A stretch of DNA of 63,735 nucleotides, the filler included, from Platydemus manokwari (taxonomy: Eukaryota), in NCBI GenBank assembly GCA_037951405.1. It is 6 parts of 6 records of this genome, joined end to end, with 100 filler letters (N's around TTAATTAATTAA, not from the genome) between each part and the next. Parts side by side here need not be neighbours in the genome. Positions count along the whole stretch, not along the records: positions 1 to 13,286 come from JBBMOY011770285.1; positions 13,387 to 23,557 come from JBBMOY011161658.1; 4 more parts are not named here. One strand, written 5' to 3'. The notes beneath the pieces were generated by a model, which made no database searches, was not told the origin of the DNA, and worked only from the letters and a program-made list of their open reading frames with translations. A program made the translations under genes and the position numbers. Positions 1 through 14,335 of the stretch are shown here, one piece after another (position 1 is the first letter of the stretch; each line of letters begins with the position of its first letter).

Positions 1-2849
1 CAGACGATCATTCATTAATTAAATGGCACGAAATCTATAAAAATATTTAATGATAACTTGAGCAGTCAAGTGTAAAAGAAGAATTAAATCGAAAGAAATA
101 TAATTTAAATACACAGTAATTATTTGTGTTTGATGACAATAAATAAAAAAACAATTGATTGGTTAAAAAGATTCTCATTTTTAGATAAATAATTAGCAAA
201 TTTGTAAAATCTATCAATTAAAATACTTAAAGTTCAAAACTAGTACTTGCGATCTCAGCAAGTAAAATCACGTGTGATTATTAACTCTATTTGCATGAGC
301 CAACGTAACTGAAATCTGTAAATTAAATCAATGAATCTTCATGTGAATAATTTTTTCTCATTTGTCATTTGAAATAAAGAGAAAAATCAAACTTGTATTC
401 AGATCAATTAAAACTCACAATTATATTATTCGAGAAGTCACGCTATTGAGTTTGAATAATAGCATTAAAATAACACAAACCTAATATATAAGACATATGT
501 GAGGTGACTAACCAAGTGATCTTCTAAGCACTTTTCAAAATAGACAATCAGCTGTCGTTTGTTTAAACAACTTCCAACTATTTCATTTTTAACTAGATTA
601 GAATTTTGTTTTCAGTCTTTAATTGTGTTTACCTGCAAGGTTCATTGTTTGAGTAGCATAACTATTGATCTTGATGAGTAAAAATTTAGAATTCTAAACT
701 TTTTGAAGTGTATAGTCTCAAATCAAGTAATATTTTCAAATATGTTTACAATTATTAGGTCTTCGATTTATTTTCGAGTTAACCGCAATGTCTGTTGTAT
801 CAATCACTCTAAAAATGAGGGGTTAGGTAATAATATATGAAAACGTATCCAACGCATTTCTATCAGACTGAATGCAAAAAATAACTGATCAGTAATTGCA
901 ATTATGTATAAATACCTTTGTAATAACTAAATCGAATTTAATAGTCAATAATAATTGATTCCAATAGTATTTCATCGAATTAATGGCAGCCATTAAGTAA
1001 TGGGTTAGTTCCTGAATATTTTACAAGGCTCATTCAATGAACAATGTCAAGTTTGGTTAAAACCAATTGCTCATGATATGCAAAACTTTATTTATCAATG
1101 AAAAACAATTCAAAAAGACAATGCAAAATACGCTGCATGCTCTCGATAAAATGAAAATCCACTTTGCTAAAAATGTTAGGAAAAATCTCCATTAAAGATT
1201 TTGTGAATTTTAAATCAATATCACAATATTACTAATATATTCAATATCGTGTTGAATAAGTTTTATTACAAGAGATTCACTATGTAGTTGAGAATCAAAC
1301 AATCAAATGATTTCAACGCGTGATTCAACAATAGTAATTGATCGGCTAAATTTAGTTAGGTTTTTAACTTCAGTAAATATTTGCTTAAATAGTTATTTCC
1401 TGCTACATTAAGATTGTATGTCGACATTATCTTGACACCAGTCCAAATTGAAGTATGACGCCTACGATCAGTTATCTCGATTAAGTTTCACTAGTTTGCT
1501 TATTCAGATAGTCTGTTTCGACTGATCACACTAATAAATTGCCATTTTTCACTTGAGCATTATTAGCTTTTAAATTATTTTTAAGAGTGATCATTTATTT
1601 TTTTTATCTTTTAGTTATTATTCATTTATTTCGCTTTTGGTTTTCTTAATTTATCCATAAATTTTCATTTTTATATCCAAATAAACAACCATTGTAAAAA
1701 TAAATAATACATGAACATTAATCTTATGAGTATGATATAAATTATTACCAAATACCTTAATACCAAGATTCACGTTAATATAATGTCAAGTTAATTGAAG
1801 ACATATTTGAGCTTTAGTGGAAATTCATGATTGCCTGATATTTACTAACACTGAATGTTGAAAAATGTTATTATTAATCACAAAGTTACTATTGGAATTA
1901 AAGCGTTAAGGCACGAACAACTAAACACATTCAGAAGAGCAAAGTCAATAAACAATTCACAATGGGATCCTTATCCAAAAGATAAAACAGTGATAGAAAT
2001 AATGACCATAAAAGATAAATCATCAGAATTATCACACAAACGAATCAGATAGATAGAAAGTTATCGACCATGAAAAACTGGCAGCTGGTATCAAGATTCA
2101 GCTCCTTTTATAGACTTGCCGTGTGTGTTTACCTGCTGTATCACTTCAAGTTTTTATTTTTTAGAACTGCCTACATACTAGTTTTTGGGCAGATTTTATT
2201 CTAACTCTCGTGAGATTGGTATATCTTGATGTTTGTTACTTGTTGTTGATGTGTGCCAATTGATAATCGAATTCCGTTTATGGATCGATCTTTTAGAGAT
2301 ATCCGATTGGTAATCGGGAAGTGTGCTCATGAATCTGTGCACATTAACCTTTAAAAACGTTATTTCGACGTATCCTTATGTATCTTGCTTGCTTTTGTAA
2401 TACACTTAACAATAGGATAAAATTGGATAGATTGGGATTTGTTGAAATTGATATGTTCCGTTACAAATTATATTGGGTATGAGGTATCATCTAAATGGTT
2501 AATTTTCGATTGCCTATATTTTTGTTCACATATTCGTTTGAACCAAATGCTCATTAGTATGAGATGAAAAGATTTACTCGTTGATATTTTGAAAATTTTC
2601 TTCATATGCGGGAATGTTTATTGTAGTTATTGATATAATATGAAAAAAATAATTGTTAAATAGCACAAAGTGAATTGATGACCATTGTAGTTTCCAGGTT
2701 AATGTTACAAAATACTTGTGAAACTGCCCATTTCGATACATAATATAATTGAAATAACAATAATAGTTTACACATTATATTGCAGTTTTTTTAGCCACAA
2801 TTGATGTAACAGAATATTTGGAACAAAATCTATAAACTGTGGATTCTAT

Positions 2850-3085
2850 CTAATGTCGATGGACCCCAAAAAAGTGAATCCCATCAAATTTTGGTCATCG
2901 CAGCAAACTTTTTCTTTCAATGTAAATTTGATTAGTTTTATTGGTCCAAAAGGTCAAAAGATCAAATAAAAAACTATTGTGTGATACATTTAGATTAACG
3001 TGAACGCATTTTTGGGAGTTAAAAGATTACGAGGTAAAATAAAAGTTGAGCTTTTAGACTTACTTAAAGAGATACACCGACATTT
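2850..3085 (+). mobile_element. Highly decayed Ty3/gypsy-like pol (RT/RNase H junction) fragment
   Basis: ATG at 2859 reads MDPKKVNPIKFWSSQQTFSFNVNLISFIG, resembling the gypsy post-RT motif DPxKVxAIxxWxxP...SFLG. It is followed by an AFxxVKxL-like stretch near 3003-3030. Frames are broken and no LTRs were seen. Confidence 0.3.
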
Positions 3086-4359
3086 AATGAATTATAGCAA
3101 AGGCTGTTGTCCCGTTGAATAACAGATAATTTAAAAGATTCATATTATTTTTATAATTCAAGATTATTTTATATTGTCAGGTGTATAATATATAATTAAT
3201 TTTTATAAAAATAATTGATTTCTTTTAACATTATCATTTCTACTTTTCTGGAATTGTTTCAAATATAGTATAATTATAAAATAAATATCCTTTAAAAATG
3301 TGAAATAACATTTTACATTTTCATAAAAATAAAATAATAATAATAATTTACACATTTTTACGTACAGTGCGAGTTTATACTTTAAATAAACATAATTTAT
3401 TGAAACCATACCGATTATACATGCAAATAAAAATTGCAATATACATCCAAATATCATAATGAATTTACTATATACATCCAATTATCAAAATTGTTCACAA
3501 GGTTGTTGAAGCACTACACTGCCAATTGTCAAATAATTGTCTTATTATCTTTATGAAGTTAATGACTCCAGATCCCAACAAATATATAAATAAAGTTTGT
3601 GAATATAGCAACTACGAAGTATTCTAAATGAAATAGAAAATAATCATTAAAATTTTTAGTCAACAAAATTATTTTGGAGGAAATTGAGCAGACTTAAACT
3701 TACTTCTAATTTTGGGTAAATAACTAGCTCAAATTTGAATGAATGTATATGTTGTGTGAAGATTGTATTTTCATATAACGAATATGCATTTGGTAGTTGA
3801 ATTAAGAAATTGAGGTGTGTTTCAATTTCTCCAATAGTTGTTCAGTATCAAACAAAGTGATCAAGAATGAAACAAATAGAAACCCAAAGAGCACCAAAGA
3901 GAATTCACGAATTTTATGTTATATAGACCAGCAGCTTGTGCTATATTTTCTGTATCTTTATAGTGGGTTATCTTATCTTTGAACCACTCTTTTTTGAAAA
4001 CCAAATTTTGCTGGATATTTGTAAATACTTCTAGAAATGCATCTATATTTAATGATAGAAGTTGCTATTGCAAGACTCAATTCAAAATAAAGTGAATTAT
4101 ATTTAACATGACATAAAATATTTAATTTGAAATTGAAGAGCACTTTTTGTATTGAACATATTTAATAAGACACCAATTTGCTATTAATTTTTAGAATTAA
4201 ACTAATGCTTAATATATAAAATTTAAAAATAATTCGTAAATAAATTATATATTACGCAAAAATTATAATTTTAACATAAATTTTTAAAATTATGTTTGTT
4301 TAAACTTGATATTTTTTTAAATAGATAAATTAAATCAAATTTTTTTTAATTTTTTATCC

Positions 4360-7300
4360 ATGTCGAAAAGACAAGCAGATTTTGACGAAACTGCTAATGA
4401 TGAGACGACTCCTAATATTCCAGTTAAGCAATTCGTTTCAAGCTATGAACAAGTTAAATTCGGTAATATTAGATCCTATGAAGAATTAGACATGAAAACG
4501 TTACAAATTCAAAATAGGAAACTATCAGAATGTTTATTGGATCAAAAACAAGAATTAATTAGTCTTAAAGACAGAACAGAACAGCTTGAAGATAGACAAG
4601 CAAAAGATGATGATATGATGTGTACTGTTAATAGATATTGGAATATGGTTAGAAATAATAATAGAAACAATTCATTATTTTTGAGTATTTAGTTAGATGA
4701 AGATTGTCAAATTTTATTGAAAAGATTGGAGGGTGAATCATGTGGAGGTTATTTTTCGTAATTGAAAAATTTTATCAAAAAGAAATTTATTTAGTTTCTG
4801 AAACTGCAGAATATTTCTTAAAGCAGTTAGCTAGTTGGGATAAAGAGCAACTTGAATGTAAACTCAAAGAAAGAGTTCATTTTTCGAAACGAATTATATC
4901 TCGACTCGTAGAAGCATTTGAGAAGTAATTGATTCGTTTATTAATTTGTAAATTTCATGCTTAATGTTTAATTTCTGTTATTTAGGGAAAACAAGAGATT
5001 CGAAAATCTTCGTGCTAAACTTGTGGACAGTCATTCGTTTAAAAGCGAAAAGAATCTTATTGATTCGGTAGACAATGTTAAATATGAAAAAGTCGAACCG
5101 AATGAAAATCCCGAAAACACCAATGGAACGTCTTCGGAATCCATTGAAATATCTCGAGAAATCATTGATTCGATCAATGAAACATTGAAATGTGAATTGC
5201 ATGAATTGCACCGGGAAAACATCCGTTTAACGAAATTGTGTTCGGAATTGCAAGCTGAACATCATGCATTGAAATCTGAGGTAAAAAAATGGGAAAAACA
5301 TATTTATGTGTTCTTTAAGATTTTAAACAAGATAAAGTTAAGAAAAAAGAGGTTTTTTGAAATCATTTTTTACGTACAAGTTCATTTATATATTAAACGG
5401 GTTATATTAAGTTAAAATAATCAAAATGATAATATTTGTAAATACTTTTTTGTAAGCGTAATTGGTATAAATATATCAGAAAGTACGTTTTAAATAAATC
5501 GGTTTTTATTAAAAATATATAATAAATAGATTTATTAAACAGGATTTTATGATATTTTTTATGAATTCAACCTCTATTTTTAATTAAGTAACAAAGGTAA
5601 ATAAAAAAATCAACTTTTAACCTAAACTTAAGATTGATATAATTTCTATAATCAGTTGAAATCAGTTAATATCATCCTCATTATATACTAGTAATTTATT
5701 TCGTTTAATATCAATAAAATATTGATTAATGGGGGATTGAATTTGGCTAGTGGGATTGACGATAGAGATGTTTGAAAATATATGGAACCCGTTTAAATAG
5801 AGTGACAAGTATTATTTCACAAATTATAGTTGGTATCAATAAATCAATGGCCTTTATATTCTTTAGTGGTTGTAATAGGTTTAAGATTAGTTTTTACCAT
5901 TAATAAAATTTGTTGATTTATTTTCGGAAGCTTGATTGATATCTCTTCCTGAAATGAGTTCATCTGTACATGTTATATATAATATAAAAAAATATAATGA
6001 ATCAATGAATTTTATTTGTATCATTAATTTTTTGACTCTTCAACTCCCCCTTTTATAATAAATCCAATAATTTCGAAAAAAGCTATTTCTAAACAAAAAT
6101 ATATTATATGACTATTTCGTTATTTTACCGATAATATCTGAAAATTTGATAGAAAATCATTTTCGACGTCATTGATCACAAATTCTTCAAATCGTATTCC
6201 GATAAGGGATTTTTATTCTGAGATTGTTTAGGATTTGGAAGTGAAAGATAAAATGGAAAACTATTCGTTGAAAGTGGAAGAGTGGAAATCGAAATGTGAA
6301 GACATGGAATATTGTTTGGCCGAAACCAATCGTGATTACAATCGCATGAATCGTTGGTTGACTGAAACCAATGAAAAAAACAAATCGTTGAAAGAAGAAA
6401 TCGTGTTACTCAAAGGTGGAAACGATACTGAAGACGATCCCGATGGTCCGTCTGCAATTGCCAAAAGCAAAGTCAAAGAACTGATGAACGAACTTGAAGA
6501 TGCCAAAGAATGTGCTTCGCGACGTTTGACAGAGCTGGAAAAATTGGAAAAGAAATATCAATTGAATCTGGAAGAAGTGACGAAATTAAAACTCCAGGTT
6601 AATCAATAATTAAATAATGGACATGTTGTGATTGGTGGATATTTTCATTACAGATGCAGGAAATACCAGAGAATTTAATTCTTGATTCAGTTCAATACAA
6701 ATCATTACATGCACAATTCAATATTCTTTATAAAGAAGCAGTTAATATGCAGGCCCAGTTAGAAGAAGCCAGAGCTACAATCCAGACCAATCGTCAACAT
6801 CATTTAAAACAAATCGAAGAAATGGAGGTAAAATTCTGTCTTCAAAATATCGTAATGATAAGCATTTCCAGTATTTGATAAAGATATTTGATTATTCGAT
6901 ATTTAATAACTTAAAATCAGTTTTCTGTTAAATGGTTTTTGATTATTAACGAATTTGTGATTTAATTGATCACTTATATATTGTTCCCCTCTATTAGATA
7001 AAGGGGTTTATATATCATTGATAAAGCTATATTTGATACGGATCGAGTCTGAATTCAAACATAAATTCAATAGTCTTTGTTTAAACATCGATTCTTAGTA
7101 AAAATGTTGTCAGGGGCCATTTAATTAGTTTGTGACTTGTGGTTTGAATCACGAATTTGTTGTGAGGGATGTGCTAATATGAAACTAAAAGAGCAATTAA
7201 AATAGCTGCGTTTCTAATTTTAGTGAAATCTATTCGATGAATTGCATGTTTCGAATTGTCATTGAATTAAATAATTATTCCTTCAAATATAAACTTTTAC

Positions 7301-10300
7301 CTAAAAATTGCACTTTAAACCATTTAAAGGCATAATTATGCCCTAGATTATGAAAGTGGTATAAGTCATATATTTCTTGTTTGGAGATATTAACGGATTT
7401 GCATGTTAAAGAATTAAAAAATATTTGTGTATTATGGAATTAAATATTTTGACAATTAATTAGCGCCGGTAAATCAGCATTTAATATGATTGTGAAATTT
7501 ATTACCATTTTTAAATGGAAATTTGGTTTTGAAAGGCTGAAATGACTTATACCGCTTTCATAATCAAAGGCTCAATTGTGTTTATTCTGGATGTTTAATT
7601 GACTTTTGTATCTCATTATTTATTCCCATATTTATATCAAATCTTATTGATAGTTGAATGAGAGTCTCATACAAAACCAAATGAGGAGTGATATGATCAC
7701 ATTGAGAGAAGAATATTCTAAATTGCGAGCTGAATATGAAGCTTTGGACCTTGAATTAAAACAAACTATTTGTCATAATCAACACTCTGTACCGATTGCC
7801 AGTGAGATGAGATCTCTTATCGATACATTAAGGGTTCAGTCAAATCAAGCTAAAAATGAAGCTCAACGATCAAGAAAGAAATATAAAGAACTTCAAGCAA
7901 CGTATGATAAGGTGATATAGACATATATTGTATTGAAACCCTTATTGATTGACGAATAATATAGTTAAAAATAGAAAACACCAATCTCGAGAAAGAATAT
8001 ATGGAAACCAAAGAAAAGATAAAACGGGGTATGCTTGTAGGACTATCCGATCCATCTTTGTGCGATAATCTAACGAGTGATGAAGAAATGATTAAAAATA
8101 TGCAATCGGAATTGACGTTAGTGCTTCTTCATTGACAATATTTTTAATAAAAATAATTTCATAAACATACATATATTTGTAAAACAATGTGAGGAAAATT
8201 TTATCGATTTAATTTTTTATTTAAATAAAATAAATAAGATATCAATATTTGGATTGGATTATTCCATCTAGAGGCAAAGTAGTTTTTAATTGGTGTGAAA
8301 ATCTTGGTTAGAATTACAGTTAATAATGTGGTCTATATGGGCAATGATTAGCTAATTATTCAAGTTAATTGTGTCTTATTTTGACTGCATTGACGTTGGA
8401 ACTTTTTCTGATTTGTCCAATTGATTGTTATAACCCGCAATTAATAATTATATTAATCTGTAAATGTATTAAAATAAAATGATATTTAAATGATTTGTTT
8501 ATTACCGTTCATAGATAACTAAAACAATCCTAAAACCATTAAAAATTTTTATCACAAACTTGAATTCTTGTGTTTTAATAAATTTGCCAATATCTAGATA
8601 ATTCTTGCTTGGTAGATGGTTTGAGTTTTGAATTAAATGTCATTATAGTACATTCATGGGTGATAATCATGGGCAAAAATATTTTCCGCGATTCGATTGG
8701 ATTATTTTTCCCCCGAAAACTGATATCCAAATTAAATGTGAAGAATGCGTTATTAATAATTAAAAGATCTTCTGGAATCCAATACATCACATTTATAAAG
8801 CTTAGAATTGAATATAAATTAAAGACACGTTAGTTAAGCAAATGGACATTTTTCGAATAATTTTAAAATCGTTTCTTAAATAATTTGTTCAATTAATATT
8901 TTATTTTCTAAATTTGTTATATATTAAATAGTATATGACGAATGAAATTGCCGTTGTGTTTATTTAATTATTTAAAAAAGAAATTTTAATTCAACATTTA
9001 TTACACAGTATAAATCACAAATATTTTGCGATGATTTGCAAAAGGTCGCTTATCATGTTTTCCATTATTTTCTGCTTGCAAGTGGCTTTTCTCTTTGATG
9101 TTGAGTAGTATCTGATCGATTAAATTCAAAGTATAGATTATTCAATTAGACTTCAGTAAAACCCAAACCTTTACAATTATCCTTTTACAGAACTTCACGC
9201 GAAAAAATTAAAGAATTGACATCACTTTTGACTGCTTATCAAAATTTTTCCAAAGATCAGAGAGAAAAAGCACAACTGATGGCATCCGAGAATACATTGA
9301 GAACCGAATGTTTATTTTATAAGGAAGAAGTATCACGACTTAAATCCAATCTCGAGAAACGGTTACATGAACCGGATCCTGATCAATTAAGAAGAATTCG
9401 TAAAATGGAAGAGACTTTGAAAGATTATCAACAAAAACTTGCTCTAGCTAAACAACAAGAAGATGCCATGATCAATGATAGTACTGTAAGCATTAATTTT
9501 AATTCTTGTTCAGATAATATTTAGTTAATATTTGTTAAATTTCTAATAATTTATTTATATGAAAAATATTAAAATAATTTTTATCAAATTTTATGATCAT
9601 ATATATTCGAGATGAGAGTATGTGTGTTATGGTTATCACAATTAATGAATGATTCTGCTTTACGATATATAATTATTTCATATCAAAGCTAATAATTCAA
9701 TTTAAACCAGAAAAATAGTACAAAAATTCGTGATATGATTGATAATGAAACAATTTCTGATATTTAATTCGAGCAAACCAATCATAAAAGCTATTTATTC
9801 TACTAATAAAGATAAATATTATAAAGGATACACATAAAATCCAGATAGAACATGTTTGATATGTTGTAAACATTATTTCATCATGATCTTTTCTGTTTAA
9901 TACAGGATGTATTTAAATAATTCTTTAAAATAATTAATCGAAAAACAAAATATAAACTAGTTTGCTTTAGTTTTTATTCTTCGTGGATCCAAAAATGTGA
10001 AATGTATATGTAGGCATGTAAAAATCAATTTTCATTAAAAGCTTAAAAAAGAGAATTCTTTCTGAATGAGATTTAAAAATGAGAAAACATTTAGCGCGTA
10101 CTCCATAGGATATGTTAAAACTTGTTTATTGAAAGCGAATATAAATTTTATGAAACAAGTTCAATTGGTGAAATATTAATCTTAGAAAATTGGTTCCATG
10201 ATTATTTGATAAAAAGATTTTCTTCACTAAGTGGTGAAGACCGAATGATAAATAATTAGTAGCTCTACTATTCTTGGAATGATAATAAAAAAACATCACT

Positions 10301-11292
10301 CTTTACCGAGATTAATCTTTTAAACCCTCCAAGGTTTGAAATAAAATCGATCATATTTAGCTCTATTTATTGAAAATATTTTTGCTTTTAATAAACAATA
10401 ATCGATTATTTTTATATTTATCGGAAAAATGCAAATCTTGATTTGTGAATGTTAACTATCAGTTTTTTTGGAAATCTACACGATTATATATAATTAACCG
10501 ATTGTAGGTAACGATTCAAGCTTATGAAGATGTACAAGAGCAGAACAGTCGTCTTCTACAAACTTTAAAAGAAAAGGATGAAAACAATCTTAAATTGATG
10601 ACCGATAGAATGAAAGCGAATCAAACGACGAAATTACTCAAAGAAGACCAACAATTAGCAGAAGATCAAATCAGAATGTATAAAACTCAAATCGAAGCTC
10701 TCAATCGTTCATTGATGAAACAGGAAGAAAAAGAGAGATTATTCTTAAACAATCTTAGTACTCTTGAAAAGGAATCAACAGCTCGCCAACAAGCACTCGA
10801 ATTGCACAAGAGAAAAGCAATGGAATATCAACAAACTGCCGAAGATTTACGAATGAATCTTCAGAAATATCTCAGTCAATTGAAAGAATCTCAAACATCT
10901 CTTCAGGATAAAGCTTCGACACAAGCTCGAGAATCTTTCAAACACCGCCGTATTAAAGAAGATCTAATGATATTGCGTCGCAAATACGAAAGAATTAAGA
11001 AGCTCGAACATTCCAATAATACCGATGAAGTATTGATTACAGAAATCCAGACTTATAAAGTGATATTTATTGATTAATATTTATCGGTCATTTATATTTG
11101 TCGTTTATATTGTAGGATCAGCTAACATGTTCGACTTGTAAATCCAATAAAAAGGATGCAATTCTCACCAAATGTTTCCACGTGTTTTGCCTCAGTTGCT
11201 TGAAAACTCGATACGAAATGCGAAATAGAAAATGTCCGAAATGTAACGCAACATTTGGGGCCAACGATTATCATCATATTTACTTGACTTAA
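4360..11292 (+). CDS. BRE1: E3 ubiquitin ligase BRE1 (RNF20/RNF40 orthologue), 11 coding exons, ~913 aa
   Basis: Exons 4360-4647, 4693-4747, 4795-4924, 4986-5280, 6232-6597, 6654-6827, 7654-7911, 7965-8116, 9191-9485, 10508-11059 and 11116-11292 join in frame (2742 nt) through GT-AG introns. Family motifs: [63 protein letters not shown], long coiled coils, and a C-terminal C3HC4 [66 protein letters not shown] at 11339-11344. Confidence 0.96.
7338..7574. mobile_element. MITE family A, complete copy in BRE1 intron 6
   Basis: ~30-nt imperfect terminal inverted repeats: GCCCTAGATTATGAAAGTGGTATAAGTCAT at the left and ATGACTTATACCGCTTTCATAATCAAAGGCTCA at the right. The interior is non-coding. A closely similar inverted copy lies at 32397-32603. 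Confidence 0.85.
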
Positions 11293-13286
11293 ATCAATAT
11301 TTCTTCTTGTTTAGTTTGGCTTTCTAATGTGTCCTGTAAATAAAAATAGATTTTGTATAATGCTTTGATTTGTTGAAATGGTCAATGTTGGACATGATTT
11401 TTAATTTTGGCGGCATTATTTTTCAATTTGAAAATAGAAAAGCTTCTTCAGAAAGGATGAAATTTGAAGAGATTGTTGGGTTCTGCTATTTAATGTGATA
11501 TTGCTCCGTGGTCGATTCAACCGGACAGATCAGTTCGATTTGCCTTCAGTTTAAATCTACTATCGAATACCCAGTTAAGTAGTTGGATTCATTTTTATGC
11601 GGTACTTATTCAAATCGTTATGCAAATTGAAAATTTTGTTAAACAGGAAATCTTAGGTGTTTAAATTTATTTTATTATGATTACATAGAAATTAAGTTTG
11701 TTTGGTCTTTTCCTAAATAAAATTAAGATCAATTGAGTTTAGTTAAGTTCAGTAATAATTCGACAATAATAATTGGTTCCCGTAAAACAATATCCGAATT
11801 CTCAGATTGAAAAGATGCTTTATTTATTCATTTACTTTATAGATAATTATTTAGTTTTTTCGGTGAGAATTTTATGTTTCTTATCCTCGATTAACTCTAA
11901 TCAACGTATGAAAACGGGATGATTGACTTGATATTGCTTTATTTTTATATTATTTTTTTTAATCTTTAACTGCCTCAACTGTATCTTGCCAAAAAGGTGA
12001 TGATATAATTTACGGAAATGATTGTGGATCCTTATGACACTGGCCGATTTAATATTACAACTTTATAGTTTAAATATACTTTTATTGTTATAAAATCAAA
12101 TATAGATCTACACGTAATAAAAATTGTTCAGATACTACTATTCACTTAATAACAATTAGGTTTTAAAACTACTTTTATATACATAGACTTAGGATATTTT
12201 ATATACAATTCCAGAAGCGCCTGACGGCTGATAAACTTCTAAGAGGAGTTAGGCCTGCTATTATGGAGGTGATCAAGCCCTATAGATAGGAGGAATATGA
12301 GGTTTTTTTGTAAAATAAATTATAGATGATTATATAATTATTGGATCTTACTTGATCTTCTTATGGGGTTGATGTTCTTCTAGCACAAATACTAGGTATA
12401 TACAAATTCTGGATCTCTTATATCAATTGAATCTTCTTCTGCTTCGTCGGATCGTACTACTGGTGTAATGTATTACCGCTCTTCCTAGTATGTAATAATT
12501 GTGTTATTCTGTAAACTGTCTAACTCCTAATGCCTTTGTTAATTGTTGTTCATGCCTTATATAGGGAGCAATCATTCGACGATATTTTTTACGAATATTT
12601 ATTTAGTGCAGTGCACATAACTTTACCGCACTGGAATTTTTATCGTGGCAGGGAGAAATTATCTGGGATTAAATACATAGATTTTTTATTTTGCTTAATG
12701 CATAGCTATTCAATTTATTCTAGCGGAATGTTTTATATACTGTGCGCGATAATTGATGATAGCCAATTTGCTATGCAATAATACATAATGAGTTATTTAT
12801 TATTATTATTTTATGGGCATTTTTTATTTTAGGGGAATTTTTTAAAGGGTTTTTAAATTGTATTATTTTAATGGTTATTTTTAACGGATAATACAATATT
12901 ATCAAATCTTAAATCTTTAAATCTAATTTATATTGTATATAATTTATGTCAATCACAGAACTTCTGGAACTTTTTCACAAGATTGTTTTTAGTCCCAAAC
13001 CCCATAGGTTTGATATTATTTTGATTAATCCGTTCATTCTGTTTATTTTATTACTTGTTCCGTTTCTCTGGTTTAGTTTCATCTGAGTAAAAAATTTTTT
13101 ACACTAGTCGGAGTTTTTGAACAAGCTTATCAAATTTGTCTCATGTTTAAGCTGAACACTGTTCTGATAAATGGGAGTAAACCTTGACATGAGTAATCTG
13201 TCACGTACCGCGATTCAAAGTGTCTGACTAGGCAGAAAAGGCAATGTCATGGAGGTGGTATTATGGTATGGCTTATGACATTTCCA

Positions 13287-13386
13287 NNNNNNNNNNNNNN
13301 NNNNNNNNNNNNNNNNNNNNNNNNNNNNNNTTAATTAATTAANNNNNNNNNNNNNNNNNNNNNNNNNNNNNNNNNNNNNNNNNNNN
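13287..13386. other. Artificial contig spacer N44-TTAATTAATTAA-N44
   Basis: Exactly 100 nt with a palindromic six-frame-stop 12-mer; the same structure occurs five times in the window. Confidence 0.98.
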
Positions 13387-14335
13387 ATAAATATCTATAT
13401 GTTTACTTTCGATTTTGTGTTCACAAAAGTGTTTGGGACCATTTAAAATGTAGGGTTAAATAAAATTATAAATATTTTCTTTCAGATGTTGACAAGTTTC
13501 TAACATTTTATAATGATCCTAAAAATTAGATGTTTTATTTCATAATTGGTATCAAATTTTATCGAGAGCATAATTGATTGATAAAGTATAAGAAGTCTCC
13601 GAGGAAAAATTATGAGGATCTTTTTATCAAAGAGCTAATGACTTAGTAAATGAGTTTTTGTAATAAAATCCTTTTGCTATGAAGAGTTAAATTTCGATGA
13701 GATCAAATAGAAAAATTAACACATGTGAAAAAGATATCCGTTTATTAAATCACACATTTTTAATTATTGATTGAAGAATTATCTTAAATGATATTCTTTC
13801 ACTTGTTAGATGTTATTTATGAAATTTGTCTGGTAAATATACCATAATATTTCACATCTTTGAATTTTAAAGAAACAGTGCTATTCTAGCCATTTTATAC
13901 TTCATAGAAAGCTAGAATTGTTAAGTATGTAAAGTGTCGCATGACATTTAACCAAATTGGGGATATTATTAGTAGATTGCATACGGTGTTTAACACAAAC
14001 ATTTTCATAAGTAAAATTTTGCTATGATTAGTCTTTTACAAAATGAAATTACGATTTTGGTATTATTTTACAATATAATAATGCTAATTGTTAGTTACTG
14101 CTATATTATAAAATATAAATTGAAAACAATTTAAGAAGTTTAACTCATAAAAGTATATATTTAGAGTATATATGAAAAATTTTCAAATACATTATTTAAA
14201 GGTACTTTTAATCATTTATTTTATTTAAAAAATTATTTTTTTAAAAACTCTAAAATTCCCACAATACTACTAAGAATAATTTCGAACGAATATCTCTACT
14301 TGTTTTTAGATAAACAAACTTATTTCAATTTTTAC

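Noticed and set aside
4978-5222. Minus-strand ORFs 4978-5211 and 5031-5222
   Set aside because: Antisense shadows of BRE1 exon 4.
12200-13286. GC-richer intergenic patches (also ~20690-20960, 24700-25450 and 40250-41000) as genes
   Set aside because: No consistent spliceable frame or recognisable motif; probably decayed transposon debris that I cannot classify.
13331-13342. Recurrent TTAATTAATTAA palindrome as a biological repeat or CRISPR-like element
   Set aside because: It is always centred in exactly 44+44 Ns, so it is a synthetic linker.
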